Shown: positions 16,522 to 27,093 of the stretch, one piece after another | How the letters are laid out: the number at the start of each line of letters is the position of its first letter | Numbering within the stretch: the first letter of the stretch is position 1 | DNA from: Sinorhizobium meliloti | GTDB taxonomy: Bacteria > Pseudomonadota > Alphaproteobacteria > Rhizobiales > Rhizobiaceae | Assembly: GCF_017876815.1 (NCBI RefSeq) | Contig: NZ_JAGIOS010000001.1 | Location: forward strand, 2,760,001-2,792,000 | Reading direction: 5' to 3' | DNA length: 32,000 bases | Notes under the pieces: model-generated | What the model was told of the DNA's origin: nothing | Databases searched by the model: none | Seen by the model: only the letters and a program-made list of their open reading frames with translations | Translations under genes and position numbers: made by a program

Positions 16522-16553
16522 GCTTTTCTTTTGGAGAGCTTTTCTTTTGGAGA
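16522..16553 (+). repeat. Perfect 16-bp tandem duplication (gcttttcttttggaga x2) containing the SD of the efflux operon
   Basis: 16522-16537 is identical to 16538-16553. The second ggaga lies 5 nt before the ATG at 16559. Confidence 0.9.
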
Positions 16554-16558
16554 CATGA

Positions 16559-17755
16559 ATGCGCTTTTGGAATCAGCTCGCGATCAGCGTCGTCGTCCTC
16601 GCCGTCGGGGGCGCCGCGTGGGTGCGTCTTGCGCCCGGAGCGGGTGAGACCTTGGCCGCGATCGGGGTTTCGCAACCGTTGATCGATGCCTTGTCGGGAC
16701 CGCAGGGCGGCGAAGGGGCAAGGGGCGGTTCGGGCGATAGCGAGCGCGGGCAGGGTCGACGCAGCGGCTTCGCGGAAGCACCCCTGGTCGTCGTCAAGCC
16801 GGCCGAGCGCGCCGTCGTCAACGACAGGCTGAACGCGATCGGCAACGGCGAAGCGATCCGCTCGGTTACCGTGACGCCGACCGCAACGGGAAATCTCACA
16901 GAAATACTGGTGAAGTCGGGCGACAGGATCACGGAAGGCCAGGTCATCGCGCGCCTCGACAGCGACGACCAGATGATCGCTGCCGAGCAGGCGCGGCTTA
17001 CGCGCGACAGTGCCCGGGAGAAGGTCGAGCGCTACCGCAATCTCAGCACCGCGCGCGCAGTGACGGCCGTTGAGGTGCGTGACTCCGAGATCGCGCTGCA
17101 GGCGGCCGAACTGGCGCTGAAAACGGCCGAGCTCGACCTGAAGCGTCGCGATATCGTGGCGCCCTCCAAGGGGGTGGTCGGGATCATCACCGTCAATATA
17201 GGAGATTACGTCACGACCTCGACGCCGATTGCCGTCGTGGACGACCGGTCGCAGATCCTCGTCGATTTCTGGGTGCCCGAGCGCTTCGCCGGCAAGATCT
17301 CCGTCGATCAGCCGGTGACCGCGAGCGCGATCGCACAGCCGGGACGCGCGCTTCAGGGCGTCGTTCACGCGATAGACAACCGCCTCGACCCGGAGAGCCG
17401 GACGCTCCGGGTCCGGGCGCGACTCGAGAATCCGGATGACATGCTGCGCGCCGGCATGTCCTTCTCCGTCACCGTGGCATTCGACGGCGACCGATATCCC
17501 ACCGTCGACCCGCTGGCCATCCAGTGGAGCTCCGAAGGCTCCTTTATCTGGCGGGTCAAAGGCGACAAAAGCGAGCGCGTGCCGATCAAGATCATCCAGC
17601 GCAATCCCGACAAGGTGCTTGTCGATGCGGAACTCGCCGAGGGCGACCGCGTCGTGACCGAGGGCGTGCAGCGGCTTCGCGACGGCGGCGTGGTGCGCAT
17701 CGCCGGCGAGCCTGCGGCCGAGGCCGAGCAGAAGGTCGCGGGAGACGCGCAATGA
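16559..17755 (+). CDS. RND efflux periplasmic adaptor (membrane fusion protein, HlyD family)
   Basis: It has an N-terminal anchor, a lipoyl/coiled-coil/beta-barrel layout (VKSGDRITEGQVIARLD ... RDIVAPSKGVVG) and an ATGA overlap with the pump gene. Confidence 0.9.
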   Translation: MRFWNQLAISVVVLAVGGAAWVRLAPGAGETLAAIGVSQPLIDALSGPQGGEGARGGSGDSERGQGRRSGFAEAPLVVVKPAERAVVNDRLNAIGNGEAIRSVTVTPTATGNLTEILVKSGDRITEGQVIARLDSDDQMIAAEQARLTRDSAREKVERYRNLSTARAVTAVEVRDSEIALQAAELALKTAELDLKRRDIVAPSKGVVGIITVNIGDYVTTSTPIAVVDDRSQILVDFWVPERFAGKISVDQPVTASAIAQPGRALQGVVHAIDNRLDPESRTLRVRARLENPDDMLRAGMSFSVTVAFDGDRYPTVDPLAIQWSSEGSFIWRVKGDKSERVPIKIIQRNPDKVLVDAELAEGDRVVTEGVQRLRDGGVVRIAGEPAAEAEQKVAGDAQ

Positions 17756-20700
17756 ATATCGGTATGGGAGGCCATCAACCGGGTGGAGGGCAGGGCGGAA
17801 AGACGGGTTTCACCGCGCTTTTCATCCGCCGGCCGATCTTCGCCCTGGTCGTCAACACATTGATCGTCGTGGCTGGTCTTGCCGCCTGGAATGGCGTCGA
17901 GATCCGCGAACTGCCGCAGGTCGACCAGCCGGTGGTCTCGGTCACGACCGAGTTCGACGGCGCCTCGCCGGAGACGATCGACCGTGAAGTGACCTCGGTC
18001 ATCGAAGGTGCCGTCTCGCGCGTGCAGGGCATCAAGGGCATTTCGTCGTCCTCTTCGTTCGGGCGCAGCCGGGTCACGCTCGAATTCTCCGACACGACCG
18101 ATATCGGCCAGGCAGCCAACGACGTTCGCGATGCGCTCGGCCGGATCACCGGCCAATTGCCTGATGATGCCGACGAGCCGCGCATCGTGAAGGCGGATTC
18201 CGACAGCCAGCCGATCATGCGCCTGGCATTGACCTCCGACACGATGAGCATGGACGACATGACGCTGCTCGTCGAGAACGAGATCAGCGACCGACTGGCG
18301 GCGGTCGAAGGCGTTGCCGACGTCACCGTCTACGGCGACCAGGAGAAGATTTTCCGTATCGACCTCAACCAGGCGAAGCTCGCCGGACGCGGCGTCACCG
18401 TGGCCAATCTTCGCGAGGCGCTTTCCGACGCCTCCTACGATGTGCCTGCAGGCTCGCTGACGAGCGCAAGTCAGGACATTTCCGTTCGGGCGACGGCCGA
18501 TCTTCAGACGCCCGAGCAATTCGAAAACCTCATGCTCGGCAACAATGTCCGGCTTCGCGACGTGGCGACCGTGACCCTCGGCCCGGATACGGGCACCTCG
18601 GCGCTGCGCTCCAACGGCCGCGAGGGTATCGGCCTCGGCATCATCCGTCAGGCCCAGTCGAACACGGTCGATATTTCCGAAGGCGTGCGCAGCGTTGTGG
18701 ACGCGATCTCCTCGGATATCCTCCCGACGGGAACCGAGCTCAAGATCACCAGCGACGACGCGGTGTTCATCAACGGCGCCATCCACGAGGTGGAGATCGC
18801 ACTCTTCGTCGCCGTTTTCATCGTCACCCTCGTCATCTATCTGTTCCTGCTCGACTGGCGCGCGACGCTCATCCCGACCATCACCATGCCGATCGCGCTG
18901 ATCGGAACGGTGGCCGCGATCTATCTTGCGGGCTTCTCGATCAACATCCTGACGCTTCTGGCGATCGTGCTTGCGACCGGGCTCGTCGTCGATGACGCGA
19001 TCGTGGTGCTCGAAAATATCGTGCGGCGCCGGGCGGAGGGCCTCGGTCCGCGCGCCGCCGCCGTGCACGGTACGCTCGAGGTCTTCTTCGCCGTGCTCGC
19101 AACCACGGCCACGCTGGCGGCCGTGTTCGTTCCTCTCTCCTTCCTGCCGGGGCAGACCGGGGGCCTCTTCCGTGAATTCGGCTTCGTGCTCGCCTTCTCG
19201 ATCCTCCTGTCGTCCTTCGTCTCGCTGACGCTCTGTCCGATGCTCGCCTCGCGCATGCTGACGAAAGAGCCGCATGAGCATGACGGGGTGATGCAGCGCT
19301 TCGGACGGCGCGCTTCCGCCTTCTACCGCGTGACGCTTCGCGCCTGCCTCAATGCGCCGCTCATCGTCTTCGCGGTGGCCGCTTTCTTTACCGCCGCCGG
19401 CGCTCTGGGCTTCCTGACGCTCAAGTCGGAGCTGACGCCGAACGAGGACCGTTCGCAGGTCATGCTGCGGATCAACGCGCCGCAGGGCGTCTCGCTGGAA
19501 TACACGCAGGCACAGCTACGCCGCATCGAAGAGGGCCTGCAGCCGCTGCTCAAATCCGGCGAGATCAGCAATGTGTTCTCGATTTCCGGCCAGGGCGGCT
19601 CGGCCAATAGCGGCTTCATGGTCCTGACGCTTGCCCCGTGGGAAGAGCGCGAGCGTACGCAGGGCCAGATCGTCGCCGACATCAACAGGGCGACCTCGAA
19701 GATCCCGTCGGTTCGCGCCTTCACCATCCAGGCGAACAGCCTCGGTATCCGGGGTGCCGGCAGCGGCCTTCAGGTCGCGCTTGTCGGCAACGATTACACG
19801 AAGCTGGGCGACGCGGCGGCGAAGCTCGTCAGGGCAATGGAGGATACCGGCCGTTTCGAGAATGTGAGGCTCAACTACGAGGCCAATCAGGCGCAATTGT
19901 CGGTGACGATCGACCGCGAGCGCGCCTCCGACCTCGGCGTGGACATAGGTGGCCTCTCCTGGGCGCTGCAGGCGATGCTCGACGGCAGCAGCGTCGTCGA
20001 CATCTTCGTGGAAGGAGAAGCCTATCCGGTCAAGCTGCTCTCTTCCACCGAGCCGCTCAACGACCCGACGGACCTGCAGAACATCTTCGTCAAGGCCGGC
20101 GACGGCCGCATCGTGCCGATGTCGTCGATCGCAACGGTCGAGGAGAAGGCAGTGGCGCCGCAGCTTTCCCGCGAATCGCAACTGCGCGCCGTTTCGCTCT
20201 CGGCGGGGCTGAAATCCGATCTCGCACTCGGCGAGGCGCTGTCGATGGTCGAAGAGATGGCCGAACCCCTTCTGCCGCCGGGATCGCGGGTCATGCCGCT
20301 TGCCGAGGCCGCGACACTGGACGAGAACGCCAACGGCCTGTTCGTTACCTTCGGCTTCGCGCTCGTCATCATCTTCCTGGTGCTTGCGGCGCAATTCGAA
20401 AGCTTCGTGAGCGGCCTCATCATCATGTCGACCGTGCCGCTCGGTCTCGCCTGCGCCGTCTTCGCAATGATCGTGACCGGCAACACGCTGAACATCTACA
20501 GTCAGATCGGGCTCGTCATGCTTGTCGGCATCATGGCCAAGAACGGCATCCTGATCGTAGAGTTCGCCAACCAGCTCCGCGACCGGGGGCAGGACGTCCG
20601 CAGTGCCATCGAGAATGCCGCCAATATCCGTCTTAGACCGGTGATGATGACGATGATCGCGACCGTCGTGGGCGCGGTACCGCTGGTGCTGGCAAGCGGT

Positions 20701-20886
20701 GCCGGCGCCGAAGCGCGCATCGCGCTCGGCTGGGTCCTCGTCGGCGGGTTGGGCCTGGCGGTGGTCGTGACGCTCTACCTGACGCCGGTCGCCTATCTGG
20801 TCATTGCCCGCTTTACCAAGCCGCATGCCGACGAGGAGCGGAAGCTGCAGGAGGAGATGAACGCGGCCGAGGTGCTCAAGATCTGA
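17752..20886 (+). CDS. RND efflux permease (AcrB/AcrD/AcrF, HAE1 family)
   Basis: The 1044-aa protein begins MNIG...FIRRPIFALVVNTLIVVAGL and has the 12-TM duplicated architecture (VLATGLVVDDAIVVLENI; VMLVGIMAKNGILIVEFAN). No outer-membrane factor gene lies adjacent. Confidence 0.95.
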   Translation: MNIGMGGHQPGGGQGGKTGFTALFIRRPIFALVVNTLIVVAGLAAWNGVEIRELPQVDQPVVSVTTEFDGASPETIDREVTSVIEGAVSRVQGIKGISSSSSFGRSRVTLEFSDTTDIGQAANDVRDALGRITGQLPDDADEPRIVKADSDSQPIMRLALTSDTMSMDDMTLLVENEISDRLAAVEGVADVTVYGDQEKIFRIDLNQAKLAGRGVTVANLREALSDASYDVPAGSLTSASQDISVRATADLQTPEQFENLMLGNNVRLRDVATVTLGPDTGTSALRSNGREGIGLGIIRQAQSNTVDISEGVRSVVDAISSDILPTGTELKITSDDAVFINGAIHEVEIALFVAVFIVTLVIYLFLLDWRATLIPTITMPIALIGTVAAIYLAGFSINILTLLAIVLATGLVVDDAIVVLENIVRRRAEGLGPRAAAVHGTLEVFFAVLATTATLAAVFVPLSFLPGQTGGLFREFGFVLAFSILLSSFVSLTLCPMLASRMLTKEPHEHDGVMQRFGRRASAFYRVTLRACLNAPLIVFAVAAFFTAAGALGFLTLKSELTPNEDRSQVMLRINAPQGVSLEYTQAQLRRIEEGLQPLLKSGEISNVFSISGQGGSANSGFMVLTLAPWEERERTQGQIVADINRATSKIPSVRAFTIQANSLGIRGAGSGLQVALVGNDYTKLGDAAAKLVRAMEDTGRFENVRLNYEANQAQLSVTIDRERASDLGVDIGGLSWALQAMLDGSSVVDIFVEGEAYPVKLLSSTEPLNDPTDLQNIFVKAGDGRIVPMSSIATVEEKAVAPQLSRESQLRAVSLSAGLKSDLALGEALSMVEEMAEPLLPPGSRVMPLAEAATLDENANGLFVTFGFALVIIFLVLAAQFESFVSGLIIMSTVPLGLACAVFAMIVTGNTLNIYSQIGLVMLVGIMAKNGILIVEFANQLRDRGQDVRSAIENAANIRLRPVMMTMIATVVGAVPLVLASGAGAEARIALGWVLVGGLGLAVVVTLYLTPVAYLVIARFTKPHADEERKLQEEMNAAEVLKI

Positions 20887-20943
20887 GATGGGCGAGATCT
20901 GGCGCGCAGCGGCAGGTGGCGCGGTGCGATCGCCGCGAGATCG

Positions 20944-21402
20944 TCAGAAGCCGCCTGCTGCGGCAGCGAGATAGATGACGGTGGCGAGCGCACCGAGGGC
21001 GCTGCGGCCGGCATGGAGCTTGCCCCAGCGCTCGATGAGTTCGCGGGTCTCCGCATTCGCCTGATCCGGACGGGTCGTCTCCAGGCGCTGATTGACGGGC
21101 ATGATGACGAACAGCGTATAGGGCCAGTTGAGTATGATGACGGCCGCTCCCAAGCCCCAGAGCGCATCGCCCGACTGCCACCATGCCACAGCGCCGAGAA
21201 GGCAGGAAACGATCGCGAGAGGAGCCTGCATCTCGAAGCCGCGCCGATAGGCGGGCACCCATTCCCGGAGCGCTGCGCCTCCGTCCAGGGCAAGCCTGGC
21301 AGGCTGTTCAGCCACATTGATGTAAATGGCGGCGCCGAAGAAAATCGACGCGGTGATCAAAGCAAGCAGCCCGAACATGCGACGTTCTCCCTTTCCGGAC
21401 AT
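20944..21402 (-). CDS. DUF1772 (anthrone oxygenase-like) membrane protein
   Basis: It has four hydrophobic helices and the motif INVAEQPARL...NWPYTLFVIMPVNQRL typical of DUF1772. The start is 21402 or 21378. Confidence 0.7.
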   Translation of the reverse strand: MSGKGERRMFGLLALITASIFFGAAIYINVAEQPARLALDGGAALREWVPAYRRGFEMQAPLAIVSCLLGAVAWWQSGDALWGLGAAVIILNWPYTLFVIMPVNQRLETTRPDQANAETRELIERWGKLHAGRSALGALATVIYLAAAAGGF

Positions 21403-21821
21403 AATACCCTATAGGCCTGCAAACAAAAGACGCATTCGCTGCGGCGCCGGTGCAGTTGGCCGGACTTGTGACAAGCCGGTATCACCGGCGGTAATTTTTT
21501 GACGCGAGGGCACTCCAAACCGGTGAACTTCTGGACAAAGTGATTCCGATTTGCACAGTAGCCCGTTGAAATGTAAGCGCTTCCGGCCGGCCGGCTGGCT
21601 GGGACGCGTCCGGATCGATCTTCGAAGCCGTCCAAAGCGCCCGAGACGGATTTGCGAAAGCGGAGGCGGGAGAGTGAGCTCTCGCGTATTTTCCTTGTCG
21701 CGCCGGACCGGTGCCCTTAATTCGAGTGCGGATTAGGGATAGATTATGCGGGCGCTCAAGACGAAAGAGCGCTCTTCCGGGTGCCGCGAAGGCGCATCGG
21801 GAGATGAGAAGGAGAATTTTC

Positions 21822-23228
21822 GTGGCGTTGAACGCAATCCGGGCAGGGGCGAGAAACGAGAACGGTATCGCGGCGGCCAAAACATACCTCGCCACACGCT
21901 TCGGCGATCGATTCCAGACCGGTGAAGCGATCCGGGCCCAGCACGCCAACACGACGACCTACATTCCCGCGCAGCTCCCCGATGCCGTGGTTTTCCCCGA
22001 AAGTGCCGCCGAGGTGCGCGAGATCGTGGAGATCGCATGTGAACACCGCGTGCCGCTCATCCCCTTCGGAACGGGCTCCTCGCTCGAAGGTCACGTCAAC
22101 GCGCCCCATGGCGGCATCTCCGTCGACATGATGCGGATGAACCGCGTGCTCGCGGTCAACGCCGAAGACCTGGACTGCACGGTGGAGCCGGGCGTGACGC
22201 GGGAGGAACTCAACAGCTACCTGCGCGACACCGGTCTCTTCTTCCCGATCGATCCGGGCGCGAACGCCTCGATCGGCGGCATGGCGTCGACGCGTGCATC
22301 GGGCACCAATGCGGTGCGCTACGGCACGATGAAGGAAAACGTGCTCGCCGTCACGGCCGTCGTCGCAGGCGGGCGCGAAATCAGGACGGCCCATCGGGCG
22401 CGCAAGTCGTCGGCCGGCTACGACCTGACGCGCCTCTTCGTCGGCGCGGAAGGCACCCTCGGCATCGTCACCTCGATCACGCTGCGCCTGCAGGGCATAC
22501 CGGAGGTGATCTCCGGCGGCGTCTGCCCGTTTCCGACGATTGCCGACGCCTGCAATGCCGTGATCCTGACGATCCAGTCCGGCATCCCGGTGGCGCGCAT
22601 AGAACTCCTGGACGCGTTGCAGATGAAGGCGTGCAATGCCTATTCGGGCCTGACCTACCAGGAAACGCCCACCCTTTTCGTCGAATTCCACGGCAACGGG
22701 GAGAGCGTCGAGCTGCAGTCCCGCCAATTCGCCGAAATAGCGTCGGAATTCGGTTCTACGGGTTTCATCTGGACGACCAATCCGGAAGAGCGGGCACGGC
22801 TCTGGAAGGCACGGCACAACGCCTACTGGGCGCAGAAGAGCCTCATGCCCGGGCGCGCCATTCTCTCCACCGACGTCTGCGTGCCGATCTCGCGCCTTGC
22901 CGACTGCGTCGCGGCGACGCATGAAGACATTGCTGCGCATGGCTTGGTCGCGCCGATCGTCGGGCACGCCGGCGATGGAAATTTTCATGTGGGGTTGCTC
23001 TTCGACGACAAGGATGCGGCTGATGTGGCGCAGGCGGAGGCTTTCGTCGAGCGGCTGAATGCGCGGGCGCTGTCCATGGACGGCACCTGTACGGGCGAAC
23101 ATGGGATCGGGCAGGGCAAGATGCCGTTTCTTGCGGCCGAACTCGGTGATGCGCTGGATCTGATGCGGCAGATCAAACGCTCTCTCGATCCCGACAACAT
23201 CTTCAATCCGGGCAAGATCTTTGCCTGA
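21822..23228 (+). CDS. FAD-linked oxidase (D-lactate dehydrogenase / GlcD family)
   Basis: The FAD_binding_4 region is VVFPESAAEVREIVEIACEHRVPLIPFGTGSSLEGH and the C-terminal motif is GTCTGEHGIGQGK. I prefer the GTG at 21822, 7 nt after the aaggag SD. The alternative is the ATG at 21804. Confidence 0.9.
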   Translation: MALNAIRAGARNENGIAAAKTYLATRFGDRFQTGEAIRAQHANTTTYIPAQLPDAVVFPESAAEVREIVEIACEHRVPLIPFGTGSSLEGHVNAPHGGISVDMMRMNRVLAVNAEDLDCTVEPGVTREELNSYLRDTGLFFPIDPGANASIGGMASTRASGTNAVRYGTMKENVLAVTAVVAGGREIRTAHRARKSSAGYDLTRLFVGAEGTLGIVTSITLRLQGIPEVISGGVCPFPTIADACNAVILTIQSGIPVARIELLDALQMKACNAYSGLTYQETPTLFVEFHGNGESVELQSRQFAEIASEFGSTGFIWTTNPEERARLWKARHNAYWAQKSLMPGRAILSTDVCVPISRLADCVAATHEDIAAHGLVAPIVGHAGDGNFHVGLLFDDKDAADVAQAEAFVERLNARALSMDGTCTGEHGIGQGKMPFLAAELGDALDLMRQIKRSLDPDNIFNPGKIFA

Positions 23229-23292
23229 GACTTGCAAAACCGGCTCAAAGCCGCAATGCAGGGGGCGAACGAACTGACGGGAATGTGACACG

Positions 23293-26200
23293 GTGCTGGC
23301 GCGAATTCTGGTTACCCTCGGAGGACTGTTGGTTGTCGCGCTCTTTGCCGCGCTGATCGCACCCCTGTTTATCGACTGGACCAGCTTTCGTAACGATTTC
23401 GAGCGGGAGGCAAGCCGCATCATGGGCAAGCCCGTGGTGGTCCACGGCAGCGTCGATGCGCGTCTCATTCCCTTTCCTACGGTCACGCTCAACGACGTCC
23501 GCGTCGGAGCGAGCGACGGCGGCGCACCGCTGATTCAGGTCGCGCAGTTTTCGATGAGCGCGGAGCTTGCTCCCTTCCTGAGCGGCGAGGCGCTGATATT
23601 CGACATGCGGCTCGACCGGCCGAAGGCGCGGCTCCGGCTCCAGCCCGATGGCACGCTGGATTGGGCACGCGGGTCGCGCGCCGCGATCCCCGCCCATACG
23701 GTCATCCTGGAGAAGGTGGAGATCGCCGACGGCGAGATCGAGTTTGTGGATGAGCAGACGGGGCGCACGCGCCGGGTCAGTGACCTCTCCGCCGACCTCT
23801 CGGCCCGCACGCTCGCCGGACCTTGGAGGGTCGAGGGCCGTGCGACGCTCGACGGGGAGGCGGGAAGCTTCTCATTGTCGAGCAACACCGTCGACGAAAC
23901 GGGCGCCTTGAGCCTGCGGGCGCGGCTGGTGCCGGACGAACGGCCCTTCGGCGTGGAGCTCGACGGCGATCTGAAGATCGTCGATTTCAGACCGGTTTAT
24001 GCCGGGCGCTTCACGCTCACGGAGAACCGGCCCGCCAGCGAGGTCAAGGCGGACGGCGCCCTTCGCATCAACGGCGAGTTCCAACTCACCAACGAAAGCA
24101 TCCGCGTACCGGAATACCACTTCGAGATCGGGCCGCCCGACGATCCCTATATCGTCACCGGCGAGGCAACGCTCGACACCGGCAAGGACCAGAGATTCCT
24201 GCTGATCGCCGACGGCCAGCAGATCGATGTCAGCCGCATCGGCAATTCCGGCAGCAGCGGCAAGACCGGGCGCGACCCGGCCATTTCGCTGCGCCAGCGT
24301 ATCGACGCAATGCTGGCGATCGCCGCCGATATCCCTATTCCGCAGGTGCCGGGACGGGCCAGTCTGAAACTTCCGGCGATCGTGATCGGCGACACGACGG
24401 TGCGCGACGTCCGCCTTGACGTCCGGCCCGACGGCGCCGGCTGGATCGTCGACAACGCGGTCGCACTCCTGCCCGGCCGCACGCAATTGGAAGCCAAGGG
24501 CCGGCTGAACCTCAAGGAGCAGCGCTCCTTTCGCGGGGACCTCGTCATCGCCTCGAACCAGCCATCGGGATTTGCCAATTGGCTGGCGGGATCGGTCGAT
24601 CCGGCGATACGCACGCTGAAAACGGCCGGGTTTTCGGCGACGGTCAATCTGACCGACACTCTGCAGCAGTTTGAAAACCTTGAAGTGGCGGCAGGTCCGG
24701 CCACGTTGCGCGGCAGGATCGAGCGCCAGTCCTTCGCCGAGCAGCCGCCCGCGCTGTCGTTGCAGTTGAAAGGCAACCGCATAGATCTGGAGGCGCTTCA
24801 GGCCCTTGCCGGCCTTGTCGCGGGCGACGCCTCCACCGGGACGTTGCTGCAGCACGCCATCGCTGCCGATCTTTCCGCCGAGACATTCTCCGCTTTCGGT
24901 GAGGAAGCGCATGACGTCCAGGCGGTGCTCACCTTCAAGAACGGCCAACTGCAGGCGGAGCGCGTGGCGATCGGCGCTCTTTCCGGCGCACAGCTTGCCT
25001 TCTCCGGCCGCATGAGCGGCGGGCTCGAAAAACCGGTCGTGTCGGCGAAGATGAAACTCGCCGCGCAGGAGCTTACGCCCTTCCTCGACATGATCGGACG
25101 GCATAGCGCGGCCCATCCGGCGCTCGCACGGCTGATAGAGGCCGGACCCTATTACTCCGACGCTGCTTTCGATGTAACGCTGACGGCCGGCAACAAGGAG
25201 GGTAACGCGCCCTTCACCTTCGGCGTGATCGGGACCGCCAACGGAGGCAAGATAGCCGCCAGCTATCAGGCGCCCGATCTCGCCCAGGCGCTCGCCGGCC
25301 AGGGCATGCTGCTGGAGGCGACGCTCGAGAATCCGCAGACATCCGTTCTCCTGGGGCAGGCCGGATTGGACCCGCTGCCCTTCGAAGCGGACGCAAACGG
25401 CATTCTTGCCATAAAGCTGCAGAGCACGGACGGCTCGAAGGCCAATGGCTCGCTGACCTTCACCACCGAGCGGACGTCGCTTGCGGCGAACGGTGTCTTC
25501 GATCTTGCGCGCGCGCACTATCTCGAAGGGCAGGGGAAGCTCACGCTGAAATCCGAGGACCTGGAGCCCTATCTGCTGTTGCAGGGCATCGGGCTGCCCC
25601 AAATGGGCAGCGGTTTGCCGGTGACGGCCTCGGCTGAGTTTGCAACCGACCCCGAAAAAATCTCGATCACCGCAATAGAGGGCAAAGCCGACCAGAATGG
25701 CTTCGCCGGCGCGCTTTCGATCGACCGCAAGGTCCCCGGCAAGGCCGAAGGGGAGCTTGCGATCGACGCCCTCGATCTCGCTTGGCTCGGCGAAGGCATT
25801 CTGGGGCAGGTTCACGACACAAGCACCGGGGGACTGGCGCTGGCACCGGTCGTAAAACCGGCATGGACCGGACTCGATGTGGCGCTCAACGTAAGCGCGA
25901 AGCGGTTCTGGCCAGGCGTCTACGGCCCGGTGACCGGTTTTGCCGGGAAGCTGCAATGGAAGGGCGATGAACTCGCACTCAGCGACGCGACGGGAGACTG
26001 GCTGGGGGGCAAGCTCGCGGGGCGGCTGCAATTCGGCAATGCCAATGGCTCCGGCTACCTGCGCTCGAAGTTCGATCTCACGGGTGCCGACATTGCCGAA
26101 ACGGGTTGGGTGCGGGCGACTGGCCCGGTGGCGACCGGCCGCTTCGATCTTGCGGTGGCGATGGAGGCTGCGGGCGCAACGCCGCAGGCAATGGTGCATT

Positions 26201-27033
26201 CGCTCAGCGGATCGGGAACGGCGAGCTTCAACGGGCTTACCCTCAACGGCATCAATACGGCGGCGCTGCCGCAACTGATGGCGGCGGCGGACGCCATGAA
26301 GACTGATATCTCGCCCGATGCGATCCGCAAGGCTGCAGAGAACCTGCTCTTCACCGGCCAGTCGGTCGTCGGCGCTGTGAAGGTGCCCTTCGGCATAGCA
26401 GGCGGAACCGTCAGGGCGCAGAACGTCACCGCGGGCGATGGCAACGCCGCTTTCAGCGGGGAGGCCGCTTTCGACTTGCCGGCAGGGCGAATGAACGGGT
26501 CGATCGATCTGACCTTCCGTCCCGGCGAGGAGGCGCTTGCGGGAGCAGAGCCGCGCGTCCGGTTCGGCTATGCCGGGCTGCTTGCATCGCCCGGTGTGAC
26601 GGTCGACGTCACGGAGCTTTCGAACTTCCTGTCGCTCAGAGCCTTCGAGCGTGAGCGCAGGCGTGTCGAGACACTACAGGCGAATGTGCTCGAAAAGCAA
26701 CGTTTGCGCCGCGAGGTCTCGCTTTACCGCGCGCGCGCGGCGGAGCGTGAGCAGCAGCGATTGCGGACGATCGCCGAAGAGCGTCGCCGTCAGGCAGCGG
26801 CGGCGGAAGCGGCGCGGATGCGGGCGGAGGCGGAAGCACGAGCCGCCGCCGAACGCCGCGCGGAGGAGGAGGAGCGGCTGAGAATGCGGCAGCTGCCGCC
26901 GCGCAGCATCGGTCGCCAGCAGGCGCCCGTCACTCCGCCGGAGGATGGCGGCACCCGACAGGGGCAGAATGCGGGCCCGCCGGCAGGTCATGGCCTGAAT
27001 TTCGATATGCTTCCCGACATTACTGTGCAGTAG
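23293..27033 (+). CDS. AsmA family protein (large envelope protein, N-terminal anchor, C-terminal Arg/Glu/Ala coiled coil)
   Basis: The N-terminus LARILVTLGGLLVVALFAALIAPLFIDWTSFRNDFEREASRIMGKPVVVHGSVDARL is typical of AsmA. The 1246-aa beta-rich body ends in RRQAAAAEAARMRAEAEARAAAERRAEEEERLR. Confidence 0.85.
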   Translation: MLARILVTLGGLLVVALFAALIAPLFIDWTSFRNDFEREASRIMGKPVVVHGSVDARLIPFPTVTLNDVRVGASDGGAPLIQVAQFSMSAELAPFLSGEALIFDMRLDRPKARLRLQPDGTLDWARGSRAAIPAHTVILEKVEIADGEIEFVDEQTGRTRRVSDLSADLSARTLAGPWRVEGRATLDGEAGSFSLSSNTVDETGALSLRARLVPDERPFGVELDGDLKIVDFRPVYAGRFTLTENRPASEVKADGALRINGEFQLTNESIRVPEYHFEIGPPDDPYIVTGEATLDTGKDQRFLLIADGQQIDVSRIGNSGSSGKTGRDPAISLRQRIDAMLAIAADIPIPQVPGRASLKLPAIVIGDTTVRDVRLDVRPDGAGWIVDNAVALLPGRTQLEAKGRLNLKEQRSFRGDLVIASNQPSGFANWLAGSVDPAIRTLKTAGFSATVNLTDTLQQFENLEVAAGPATLRGRIERQSFAEQPPALSLQLKGNRIDLEALQALAGLVAGDASTGTLLQHAIAADLSAETFSAFGEEAHDVQAVLTFKNGQLQAERVAIGALSGAQLAFSGRMSGGLEKPVVSAKMKLAAQELTPFLDMIGRHSAAHPALARLIEAGPYYSDAAFDVTLTAGNKEGNAPFTFGVIGTANGGKIAASYQAPDLAQALAGQGMLLEATLENPQTSVLLGQAGLDPLPFEADANGILAIKLQSTDGSKANGSLTFTTERTSLAANGVFDLARAHYLEGQGKLTLKSEDLEPYLLLQGIGLPQMGSGLPVTASAEFATDPEKISITAIEGKADQNGFAGALSIDRKVPGKAEGELAIDALDLAWLGEGILGQVHDTSTGGLALAPVVKPAWTGLDVALNVSAKRFWPGVYGPVTGFAGKLQWKGDELALSDATGDWLGGKLAGRLQFGNANGSGYLRSKFDLTGADIAETGWVRATGPVATGRFDLAVAMEAAGATPQAMVHSLSGSGTASFNGLTLNGINTAALPQLMAAADAMKTDISPDAIRKAAENLLFTGQSVVGAVKVPFGIAGGTVRAQNVTAGDGNAAFSGEAAFDLPAGRMNGSIDLTFRPGEEALAGAEPRVRFGYAGLLASPGVTVDVTELSNFLSLRAFERERRRVETLQANVLEKQRLRREVSLYRARAAEREQQRLRTIAEERRRQAAAAEAARMRAEAEARAAAERRAEEEERLRMRQLPPRSIGRQQAPVTPPEDGGTRQGQNAGPPAGHGLNFDMLPDITVQ

Positions 27034-27053
27034 CAGAGCAGTGTGCGGCACCC

Positions 27054-27093
27054 GCCCCTCATCCCGCTGCCGCGACCTTCTCCCCGCAGGCGG
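27054..27093. repeat. Left half of a RIME-like element, interrupted within its first hairpin
   Basis: GCCCCTCAtcccgctgccgcgaccttctccccgcaggcgg matches 27195-27234 at 27 of 30 positions upstream of the hairpin. The hairpin continues at 27510. Confidence 0.7.

Noticed and set aside
21477-21507. A hairpin gccggt-atc-accggc is followed by ggtaatttttt in the DUF1772 / FAD-oxidase intergenic region. This could be an sRNA terminator.
   Set aside because: The stem is short (6 bp), the T-tract is displaced by 5 nt, and there is no upstream promoter or conserved structure on the + strand.
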